DNA of 64,000 bases, taken from Eledone cirrhosa (Eukaryota). The DNA lies in the NCBI GenBank assembly GCA_964016885.1, contig CAXHJY010000889.1, forward strand, positions 62,001 through 126,000. The letters are read 5' to 3'. A model generated the notes under the pieces. The model was not told the origin of the DNA and did no database searches. It saw only the letters and a program-made list of their open reading frames with translations. This document shows positions 1 through 12,625 of the stretch, one piece after another. A program made the translations under genes and the position numbers. Each line of letters starts with the position of its first letter. Positions within the stretch are counted from its first letter, which is position 1.

Positions 1-3000
1 ATTAATGCTTTTACAAATCTTTAGAAATATTTACTTTCTGGTTTCAAATTTTGCAGATTAAATTTTTTTCGAAAAACCTAAAAAAATCAGTTTTCGAAAT
101 CAGAAGTTAATATTTCGGAAAATGCAATTTGGAAAACGCATATTAATTTTTTTTCGAAAACCTTATATAATCGATTTTTTTATACTTTTAGAAATATTTA
201 TATCCGATTTCAAATATTGATTTTTTTAGGTTTTTCGAAAACCTTATATAATCAATTTTTTTATACTTTTATATCTGATTTCAAATATTGATTTTTTTAG
301 GTTTTTCGAAAACCTTATATAATTAATTTTTTTTATGTTTTTCGAAAAAGAGTTCATATATACTTCTGCATTAATCTTTTTACGTTTTTCGGTTTTTTTG
401 CATGTAAATCTAAAAAAAACGTAACAAATTAATGCTTTTACAAATCTTTCGAAATATCTACTTCCTGGTTTCAAATTTTGCAGATTAAACTTTTTTCGAA
501 AAACCTAAAAAAATCAGTTTTCGAAATCAGAAGTTAATACTTCGAAAAACGCAATTTGAAAAACGCAATTTGAAAAACACATATTAATTTTTTTTCGAAA
601 ACTTTATATAATCAATTTTTTTATACTTTTAAAAATATTTATATCTGATTTCAAATATTGATTTTTTTAGGTTTTTCGGAACCTTATATAATCAATTTTT
701 TTTAGGTGTTTCGAAATATATACTTCTGCATTAATCTTTTTACGTTATTCTGATTTTTTGCATATATCGAAATATAAAAAAAACGTAAAAATTTAATGCT
801 TTTACAAATCTTTCGAAATATTTACATTCTGGTTTCAAATTTTGCAGATTAAATTTTTTTCGAAAAACCTAAAAAAATCAGTTTTCGAAATCAGAAGTTA
901 ATATTTCGGAAAATGCAATTTGGAAAACGCATATTAATTTTTTTTCGAAAACCTTATATAATCGATTTTTTTATACTTTTAGAAATATTTATATCCGATT
1001 TCAAATATTGATTTTTTTAGGTTTTTCGAAAACCTTATATAATCAATTTTTTTATACTTTTATATCTGATTTCAAATATTGATTTTTTTAGGTTTTTCGA
1101 AAACCTTATATAATCAATTTTTTTTAGTTTTTTCGAAAAAGAGTTCATAGTCGAAATATATACTTCCGCATTAATCTTTTTACGTTTTTCTGATTTTTTG
1201 CATGTTTCGAAATCTAAAAAAAACGTAAAAAATTAATGCTTTTACAAATCTTTAGAAATATTTACTTTCTGGTTTCAAATTTTGCAGATTAAATTTATTT
1301 CGAAAAACCTAAAAAATCAGTTTTCGAAATCAGAAGTTAATATTTCGAAATATTGATTTTTTTTAGGTTTTTCGAAAACCTTATATAATTAATTTTTTTT
1401 ATGTTTTTCGAAAAAGAGTTCATATATACTTCTGCATTAATCTTTTTACGTTTTTCGGTTTTTTTGCATGTAAATCTAAAAAAAACGTAACAAATTAATG
1501 CTTTTACAAATCTTTCGAAATATCTACTTCCTGGTTTCAAATTTTGCAGATTAAACTTTTTTCGAAAAACCTAAAAAAATCAGTTTTCGAAATCAGAAGT
1601 TAATACTTCGAAAAACGCAATTTGAAAAACGCAATTTGAAAAACACATATTAATTTTTTTTCGAAAACTTTATATAATCAATTTTTTAATACTTTTAAAA
1701 ATATTTATATCTGATTTCAAATATTGATTTTTTTAGGTTTTTCGGAACCTTATATAATCAATTTTTTTTAGGTTTTTCGAAATATATACTTCTGCATTAA
1801 TCTTTTTACGTTATTCTGATTTTTTGCATATTTCGAAATCTAAAAAAAACGTAAAAATTTAATGCTTTTACAAATCTTTCGAAATATTTACTTTCTGGTT
1901 TCAAATTTTGTAGATTAAATTTTTTTCGAAAAACCTAAAAAAATCAGTTTTCGAAATCAGAAGTTAATATTTCGAAAAAAGCAATTTGGAAAACGCATAT
2001 TAATTTTTTTTCGAAAACCTTATATGATCGATTTTTTTATACTTTTAGAAATATTTATATCCGATTTCAAATTTTGATTTTTTTAGGTTTTTCGAAAACC
2101 TTATATAATCAATTTTTTTATACTTTTATATCTGATTTTTTTATACTTTTATATCTGATTTCAAATATTGATTTTTTTAGGTTTTTCGAAAACCTTATAT
2201 AATTAATTTTTTTTAGTTTTTTCTAAAAAGAGTTCATAGTCGAAATATATACTTCCGCATTAATCTTTTTACGTCTTTCTGATTTTTTGCATGTTTCGAA
2301 ATCTAAAAAAAACGTAACAAATTAATGCTTTTACAAATCTTTCGAAATATCTACTTTTTTCGAAAAACCTAAAAAAATCAGTTTTCGAAATCAGAAGTTA
2401 ATACTTCGAAAAACACAATTTGAAAAACGCAATTTGAAAAACACATATTAATTTTTTTTCGAAAACTTTATATAATCAATTTTTTTATACTTTTAAAAAT
2501 ATTTATATCTGATTTCAAATATTGATTTTTTTAGGTTTTTCGAAACCTTATATAATCAATTTTTTTTAGTTTTTTCGAAATATATACTTCTGCATTAATC
2601 TTTTTACGTTATTCTGATGTTTTGCATATTTCGAAATCTAAAAAAAATGTAAAAATTTAATGCTTTTACAAATCTTTAGAAATATTTACTTTCTGGTTTC
2701 AAATTTTGCAGATTAAATTTTTTTCGAAAAACCTAAAAAAATCATTTTTTGAAATGAGAAGTTAATATTTCGGAAAATGCAATTTGGAAAACGCATATTA
2801 ATTTTTTTTCAAAAACCTTATATAATCGATTTTTTTATACTTTTAGAAATATTTATATCCGATTTCAAATATTGATTTTTTTAGGTTTTTCGAAAACCTT
2901 ATATAATCAATTTTTTAATACTTTTATATCTGATTTTTTTATACTTTTATATCTGATTTCAAATATTGATTTTTTTTAGGTCTTTCGAAAACCTTATATA

Positions 3001-6000
3001 ATCAAATTTTTTTAGTTTTTTCGAAAAAGAGTTCATAGTCGAAATATATACTTCCGCATTAATCTTTTTACGTTTTTCTGATTTTTTGCATGTTTCGAAA
3101 TCTAAAAAAACCGTAAAAAATTAATGCTTTTACAAATCTTTAGAAATATTTACTTTCTGGTTTCAAATTTTGCAGATTAAATTTTTTTCGAAAAACCTAA
3201 AAAATCAGTTTTCGAAATCAGAAGTTAATATTTCGAAATATTGATTTTTTTTAGGTTTTTCGAAAACCTTATATAATTAATTTTTTTTAGGTTTTTCGAA
3301 AAAGAGTTCATATATACTTCTGCATTAATCTTTTTACGTTTTTCGGTTTTTTTGCATGTAAATCTAAAAAAAACGTAACAAATTAATGCTTTTACAAATC
3401 TTTCGAAATATCTACTTCCTGGTTTCAAATTTTGCAGATTAAACTTTTTTTGAAAAACCTAAAAAAATCAGTTTTGGAAATCAGAAGTTAATATTTCGAA
3501 AAACGCAATTTGAAAAACGCAATTTGAAAAACACATATTAATTTTTTTTCGAAAACTTTATATAATCAATTTTTTTATACTTTTAAAAATATTTATATCT
3601 GATTTCAAATATTGATTTTTTTAGGTTTTTCGGAACCTTATATAATCAATTTTTTTTAGGTTTTTCGAAATATATACTTCTGCATTAATCTTTTTACGTT
3701 ATTCTGATTTGCATATTTCGAAATCTAAAAAAAACGTAAAAAATTGATTTTACAAATAATCAATTTTTTTATACTTTTAGAAATATTTATATCTTATTTC
3801 AAATATTGATTTTTTAGGTTTTTCGAAAAAATTGATTATATAAATAATCAATTTTTTTTAGGTTTTTCGAAAAAAGAATGACTGTGAGTCATAGTCGAAA
3901 TATATACTTCTGTATTAATCTTTTTACGTTTTTCAGATTTTTTGCATGTTTCGAAATCTAAAAAAAACGTAAAAAATTAATGCTTTTACAAATCTTTAGA
4001 AATATTTACTTTCTGGTTTCAAATTTTGCAGATAAAATTTTTTTCGAAAAACCTAAAAAAATCAGTTTTCGAAATCAGAAGTTAATATTTCGGAAAATGC
4101 AATTTGGAAAACGCATATTAATTTTTTTTCGAAAACCTTATATAATCGATTTTTTTATACTTTTAGAAATATTTATATCCGATTTCAAATATTGATTTTT
4201 TTAGGTTTTTCGAAAACCTTATATAATCAATTTTTTTATACTTTTATATCTGATTTCAAATATTGATTTTTTTAGGTTTTTCGAAAACCTTATATAATCA
4301 ATTTTTTTTAGTTTTTTCGAAAAAGAGTTCATAGTCGAAATATATACTTCCGCATTAATCTTTTTACGTTTTTCTGATTTTTTGCATGTTTCGAAATCTA
4401 ACAAAAACGTAAAAAATTAATGCTTTTACAAATCTTTAGAAATATTTACTTTCTGGTTTCAAATTTTGCAGATTAAATTTTTTTCGAAAAACCTAAAAAA
4501 TCAGTTTTCGAAATCAGAAGTTAATATTTCGAAATATTGATTTTTTTTAGGTTTTTCGAAAACCTTATATAATTAATTTTTTTTATGTTTTTCGAAAAAG
4601 AGTTCATATATACTTCTGCATTAATCTTTTTACGTTTTTCGGTTGTTTTGCATGTAAATCTAAAAAAAACGTAACAAATTAATGCTTTTACAAATCTTTC
4701 GAAATATCTACTTCCTGGTTTCAAATTTTGCAGATTAAACTTTTTTCGAAAAACCTAAAAAAATCAGTTTTCGAAATCAGAAGTTAATACTTCGAAAAAC
4801 GCAATTTGAAAAACGCAATTTGAAAAACACATATTAATTTTTTTTCGAAAACTTTATATAATCAATTTTTTTATACTTTTAAAAATATTTATATCTGATT
4901 TCAAATATTGATTTTTTTAGGTTTTTCGGAACCTTATATAATCAATTTTTTTTAGGTTTTTCGAAATATATACTTCTGCATTAATCTTTTTACGTTATTC
5001 TGATTTTTTGCATATTTCGAAATCTAAAAAAAACGTAAAAATTTAATGCTTTTACAAATCTTTCGAAATATTTACTTTCTGGTTTCAAATTTTGTAGATT
5101 AAATTTTTTTCGAAAAACCTAAAAAAATCAGTTTTCGAAATCAGAAGTTAATATTTAGAAAAAAGCAATTTGGAAAACGCATATTAATTTTTTTTCGAAA
5201 ACCTTATATAATCGATTTTTTTATACTTTTAGAAATATTTATATCCGATTTCAAATATTGATTTTTTTAGGTTTTTCGAAAACCTTATATAATCAATTTT
5301 TTTATACTTTTATATCTGATTTCAAATATTGATTTTTTTAGGTTTTTCGAAAACCTTATATAATCAATTTTTTTTAGTTTTTTCTAAAAAGAGTTCATAG
5401 TCGAAATATATACTTCCGCATTAATCTTTTTACGTTTTTCTGATTTTTTGCATGTTTCGAAATCTAACAAAAACGTAAAAAATTAATGCTTTTACAAATC
5501 TTTAGAAATATTTACTTTCTGGTTTCAAATTTTGCAGATTAAATTTTTTTCGAAAAACCAAAAAAATCAGTTTCGAAATCAGAAGTTAATATTTCGAAAT
5601 ATTGATTTTTTTTAGGTTTTTCGAAAAAGAGTTCATATATACTTCTGCATTAATCTTTTTACGTTTTTCGGTTTTTTTGCATGTAAATCTAAAAAAAACG
5701 TAACAAATTAATACTTTTACAAATCTTTCGAAATATCTACTTCCTGGTTTCAAATTTTGCAGATTAAACTCTTTTCGAAAAACCTAAAAAAATCAGTTTT
5801 CGAAATCAGAAGTTAATACTTCGAAAAACACAATTTGAAAAACGCAATTTGAAAAACACATATTAATTTTTTTTCGAAAACTTTATATAATCAATTTTTT
5901 TATACTTTTAAAAATATTTATATCTGATTTCAAATATTGATTTTTTTAGGTTTTTCGAAACCTTATATAATCAATTTTTTTTAGTTTTTTCGAAATATAT

Positions 6001-9000
6001 ACTTCTGCATTAATCTTTTTACGTTATTCTGATGTTTTGCATATTTCGAAATCTAAAAAAAATGTAAAAATTTAATGCTTTTACAAATCTTTAGAAATAT
6101 TTACTTTCTGGTTTCAAATTTTGCAGATTAAATTTTTTTCGAAAAACCTAAAAAAATCATTTTTTGAAATGAGAAGTTAATATTTCGGAAAATGCAATTC
6201 GGAAAACGCATATTAATTTTTTTTCGAAAACCTTATATAATCGATTTTTTTATACTTTTAGAAATATTTATATCCGATTTCAAATATTGATTTTTTTAGG
6301 TTTTTCGAAAACCTTATATAATCAATTTTTTAATACTTTTATATCTGATTTTTTTATACTTTTATATCTGATTTCAAATATTGATTTTTTTAGGTCTTTC
6401 GAAAACCTTATATAATCAAATTTTTTTAGTTTTTTCGAAAAAGAGTTCATAGTCGAAATATATACTTCCGCATTAATCTTTTTACGTTTTTCTGATTTTT
6501 TGCATGTTTCGAAATCTAAAAAAACCGTAAAAAATTAATGCTTTTACAAATCTTTAGAAATATTTACTTTCTGGTTTCAAATTTTGCAGATTAAATTTTT
6601 TTCGAAAAACCTAAAAAATCAGTTTTCGAAATCAGAAGTTAATATTTCGAAATATTGATTTTTTTTAGGTTTTTCGAAAACCTTATATAATTAATTTTTT
6701 TTAGGTTTTTCGAAAAAGAGTTCATATATACTTCTGCATTAATCTTTTTACGTTTTTCGGTTTTTTTGCATGTAAATCTAAAAAAAACGTAACAAATTAA
6801 TGCTTTTACAAATCTTTCGAAATATCTACTTCCTGGTTTCAAATTTTGCAGATTAAACTTTTTTCGAAAAACCTAAAAAAATCAGTTTTGGAAATCAGAA
6901 GTTAATATTTCGAAAAACGCAATTTGAAAAACGCAATTTGAAAAACACATATTAATTTTTTTTCGAAAACTTTATATAATCAATTTTTTTATACTTTTAA
7001 AAATATTTATATCTGATTTCAAATATTGATTTTTTTAGGTTTTTCGGAACCTTATATAATCAATTTTTTTTAGGTTTTTCGAAATATATACTTCTGCATT
7101 AATCTTTTTACGTTATTCTGATTTGCATATTTCGAAATCTAAAAAAAACGTAAAAAATTGATTTTACAAATAATCAATTTTTTTATACTTTTAGAAATAT
7201 TTATATCTTATTTCAAATATTGATTTTTTAGGTTTTTCGAAAAAATTGATTATATAAATAATCAATTTTTCTTAGGTTTTTCGAAAAAAGAATGACTGAG
7301 TCATAGTCGAAATATATACTTCTGTATTAATCTTTTTACGTTTTTCAGATTTTTTGCATGTTTCGAAATCTAAAAAAAACGTAAAAAATTAATGCTTTTA
7401 CAAATCTTTAGAAATATTTACTTTCTGGTTTCAAATTTTGCAGATTAAATTTTTTTCGAAAAACCTAAAAAAATCAGTTTTCGAAATCAGAAGTTAATAT
7501 TTCGGAAAATGCAATTTGGAAAACGCATATTAATTTTTTTTCGAAAACCTTATATAATCGATTTTTTTATACTTTTAGAAATATTTATATCCGATTTCAA
7601 ATATTGATTTTTTTAGGTTTTTCGAAAACCTTATATAATCAATTTTTTTATACTTTTATATCTGATTTCAAATATTGATTTTTTTAGGTTTTTCGAAAAC
7701 CTTATATAATCAATTTTTTTTAGTTTTTTCGAAAAAGAGTTCATAGTCAAAATATATACTTCCGCATTAATCTTTTTACGTTTTTCTGATTTTTTGCATG
7801 TTTCGAAATCTAACAATAACGTAAAAAATTAATGCTTTTACAAATCTTTAGAAATATTTACTTTCTGGTTTCAAATTTTGCAGATTAAATTTTTTTCGAA
7901 AAACCTAAAAAATCAGTTTTCGAAATCAGAAGTTAATATTTCGAAATATTGATTTTTTTTAGGTTTTTCGAAAACCTTATATAATTAATTTTTTTTATGT
8001 TTTTCGAAAAAGAGTTCATATATACTTCTGCATTAATCTTTTTACGTTTTTCGGTTTTTTTGCATGTAAATCTAAAAAAAACGTAACAAATTAATGCTTT
8101 TACAAATCTTTCGAAATATCTACTTCCTGGTTTCAAATTTTGCAGATTAAACTTTTTTCGAAAAACCTAAAAAAATCAGTTTTCGAAATCAGAAGTTAAT
8201 ACTTCGAAAAACGCAATTTGAAAAACGCAATTTGAAAAACACATAATTTTTTTTCGAAAACTTTATATAATCAATTTTTTTATACTTTTAAAAATATTTA
8301 TATCTGATTTCAAATATTGATTTTTTTAGGTTTTTCGGAACCTTATATAATCAATTTTTTTTAGGTGTTTCGAAATATATACTTCTGCATTAATCTTTTT
8401 ACGTTATTCTGATTTTTTGCATATATCGAAATCTAAAAAAAACGTAAAAATTTAATGCTTTTACAAATCTTTCGAAATATTTACTTTCTGGTTTCAAATT
8501 TTGCAGATTAAATTTTTTTCGAAAAACCTAAAAAAATCAGTTTTCGAAATCAGAAGTTAATATTTCGGAAAATGCAATTTGGAAAACGCATATTAATTTT
8601 TTTTCGAAAACCTTATATAATCGATTTTTTTATACTTTTAGAAATATTTATATCCGATTTCAAATATTGATTTTTTTAGGTTTTTCGAAAACCTTATATA
8701 ATCAATTTTTTTATACTTTTATATCTGATTTTTTTATACTTTTATATCTGATTTCAAATATTGATTTTTTTAGGTTTTTCGAAAACCTTATATAATTAAT
8801 TTTTTTTAGTTTTTTCTAAAAAGAGTTCATAGTCGAAATATATACTTCCGCATTAATCTTTTTACGTCTTTCTGATTTTTTGCATGTTTCGAAATCTAAA
8901 AAAAACGTAACAAATTAATGCTTTTACAAATCTTTCGAAATATCTACTTTCTGGTTTCAAATTTTGCAGATTAAATTTTTTTCGAAAAACCTAAAAAAAT

Positions 9001-12000
9001 CATTTTTTGAAATGAGAAGTTAATATTTCGGAAAATGCAATTTGGAAAACGCATATTAATTTTTTTTCAAAAACCTTATATAATCGATTTTTTTATACTT
9101 TTAGAAATATTTATATCCGATTTCAAATATTGATTTTTTTAGGTTTTTCGAAAACCTTATATAATCAATTTTTTAATACTTTTATATCTGATTTTTTTAT
9201 ACTTTTATATCTGATTTCAAATATTGATTTTTTTTAGGTCTTTCGAAAACCTTATATAATCAAATTTTTTTAGTTTTTTCGAAAAAGAGTTCATAGTCGA
9301 AATATATACTTCCGCATTAATCTTTTTACGTTTTTCTGATTTTTTGCATGTTTCGAAATCTAAAAAAACCGTAAAAAATTAATGCTTTTACAAATCTTTA
9401 GAAATATTTACTTTCTGGTTTCAAATTTTGCAGATTAAATTTTTTTCGAAAAACCTAAAAAATCAGTTTTCGAAATCAGAAGTTAATATTTCGAAATATT
9501 GATTTTTTTTAGGTTTTTCGAAAACCTTATATAATTAATTTTTTTTAGGTTTTTCGAAAAAGAGTTCATATATACTTCTGCATTAATCTTTTTACGTTTT
9601 TCGGTTTTTTTGCATGTAAATCTAAAAAAAACGTAACAAATTAATGCTTTTACAAATCTTTCGAAATATCTACTTCCTGGTTTCAAATTTTGCAGATTAA
9701 ACTTTTTTCGAAAAACCTAAAAAAATCAGTTTTGGAAATCAGAAGTTAATATTTCGAAAAACGCAATTTGAAAAACGCAATTTGAAAAACACATATTAAT
9801 TTTTTTTCGAAAACTTTATATAATCAATTTTTTTATACTTTTAAAAATATTTATATCTGATTTCAAATATTGATTTTTTTAGGTTTTTCGGAACCTTATA
9901 TAATCAATTTTTTTTAGGTTTTTCGAAATATATACTTCTGCATTAATCTTTTTACGTTATTCTGATTTGCATATTTCGAAATCTAAAAAAAACGTAAAAA
10001 ATTGATTTTACAAATAATCAATTTTTTTATACTTTTAGAAATATTTATATCTTATTTCAAATATTGATTTTTTAGGTTTTTCGAAAAAATTGATTATATA
10101 AATAATCAATTTTTTTTAGGTTTTTCGAAAAAAGAATGACTGTGAGTCATAGTCGAAATATATACTTCTGTATTAATCTTTTTACGTTTTTCAGATTTTT
10201 TGCATGTTTCGAAATCTAAAAAAAACGTAAAAAATTAATGCTTTTACAAATCTTTAGAAATATTTACTTTCTGGTTTCAAATTTTGCAGATAAAATTTTT
10301 TTCGAAAAACCTAAAAAAATCAGTTTTCGAAATCAGAAGTTAATATTTCGGAAAATGCAATTTGGAAAACGCATATTAATTTTTTTTCGAAAACCTTATA
10401 TAATCGATTTTTTTATACTTTTAGAAATATTTATATCCGATTTCAAATATTGATTTTTTTAGGTTTTTCGAAAACCTTATATAATCAATTTTTTTATACT
10501 TTTATATCTGATTTCAAATATTGATTTTTTTAGGTTTTTCGAAAACCTTATATAATCAATTTTTTTTAGTTTTTTCGAAAAAGAGTTCATAGTCGAAATA
10601 TATACTTCCGCATTAATCTTTTTACGTTTTTCTGATTTTTTGCATGTTTCGAAATCTAACAAAAACGTAAAAAATTAATGCTTTTACAAATCTTTAGAAA
10701 TATTTACTTTCTGGTTTCAAATTTTGCAGATTAAATTTTTTTCAAAAAACCTAAAAAATCAGTTTTCGAAATCAGAAGTTAATATTTCGAAATATTGATT
10801 TTTTTTAGGTTTTTCGAAAACCTTATATAATTAATTTTTTTTATGTTTTTCGAAAAAGAGTTCATATATACTTCTGCATTAATATTTTTACGTTTTTCGG
10901 TTGTTTTGCATGTAAATCTAAAAAAAACGTAACAAATTAATGCTTTTACAAATCTTTCGAAATATCTACTTCCTGGTTTCAAATTTTGCAGATTAAACTT
11001 TTTTCGAAAAACCTAAAAAAATCAGTTTTCGAAATCAGAAGTTAATACTTCGAAAAACGCAATTTGAAAAACGCAATTTGAAAAACACATATTAATTTTT
11101 TTTCGAAAACTTTATATAATCAATTTTTTTATACTTTTAAAAATATTTATATCTGATTTCAAATATTGATTTTTTTAGGTTTTTCGGAACCTTATATAAT
11201 CAATTTTTTTTAGGTTTTTCGAAATATATACTTCTGCATTAATCTTTTTACGTTATTCTGATTTTTTGCATATTTCGAAATCTAAAAAAAACGTAAAAAT
11301 TTAATGCTTTTACAAATCTTTCGAAATATTTACTTTCTGGTTTCAAATTTTGTAGATTAAATTTTTTTCGAAAAACCTAAAAAAATCAGTTTTCGAAATC
11401 AGAAGTTAATATTTAGAAAAAAGCAATTTGGAAAACGCATATTAATTTTTTTTCGAAAACCTTATATAATCGATTTTTTTATACTTTTAGAAATATTTAT
11501 ATCCGATTTCAAATATTGATTTTTTTAGGTTTTTCGAAAACCTTATATAATCAATTTTTTTATACTTTTATATCTGATTTCAAATATTGATTTTTTTAGG
11601 TTTTTCGAAAACCTTATATAATCAATTTTTTTTAGTTTTTTCTAAAAAGAGTTCATAGTCGAAATATATACTTCCGCATTAATCTTTTTACGTTTTTCTG
11701 ATTTTTTGCATGTTTCGAAATCTAACAAAAACGTAAAAAATTAATGCTTTTACAAATCTTTAGAAATATTTACTTTCTGGTTTCAAATTTTGCAGATTAA
11801 ATTTTTTTCGAAAAACCAAAAAAATCAGTTTCGAAATCAGAAGTTAATATTTCGAAATATTGATTTTTTTTAGGTTTTTCGAAAAAGAGTTCATATATAC
11901 TTCTGCATTAATCTTTTTACGTTTTTCGGTTTTTTTGCATGTAAATCTAAAAAAAACGTAACAAATTAATACTTTTACAAATCTTTCGAAATATCTACTT

Positions 12001-12625
12001 CCAGGTTTCAAATTTTGCAGATTAAACTTTTTTCGAAAAACCTAAAAAAATCAGTTTTCGAAATCAGAAGTTAATACTTCGAAAAACGCAATTTGAAAAA
12101 CGCAATTTGAAAAACACATTAATTTTTTTTCGAAAACTTTATATCAATTTTTTTATACTTTTAAAAATATTTATATCTGATTTCAAATATTGATTTTTTT
12201 AGGTTTTTCGAAATATATACTTCTGCATTAATCTTTTTACGTTATTCTGATTTTTTGCATATTTCGAAATCTAAAAAAAACGTAAAAATTTAATGCTTTT
12301 ACAAATCTTTCGAAATATTTACTTTCTGGTTTCAAATTTTGCAGATTAAATTTTTTTCGAAAAACCTAAAAAAATCAGTTTTCGAAATTAGAAGTTAATA
12401 TTTTGGAAAATGCAATTTGGAAAACGCATATTAATTTTTTTTCGAAAACCTTATATAATCGATTTTTTTATACTTTTAGAAATATTTATATCTGATTTCA
12501 AATATTGATTTTTTTATAAAAATCAGTTTTTGAATTCAGAAGTTAATATTTCGAAAAACGCAAATCAATTTGTTTATACTTTTAGAAATATTTATAACTG
12601 ATTTCAAATATTGATTTTTTTTAGG
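1..12625. repeat. SatA block 1: AT-rich modular tandem satellite (variant monomers about 260-460 bp)
   Basis: Recurring modules TTAATGCTTTTACAAATCTTT, TTTCGAAAAACCTAAAAAAATCAG, TGATTTTTTTAGGTTTTTCGAAAACC and ACTTCYGCATTAATC. Near-identical spurious ORFs recur at 3412-3414 and 6258 bp spacing. The block runs off the left edge. Confidence 0.97.
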
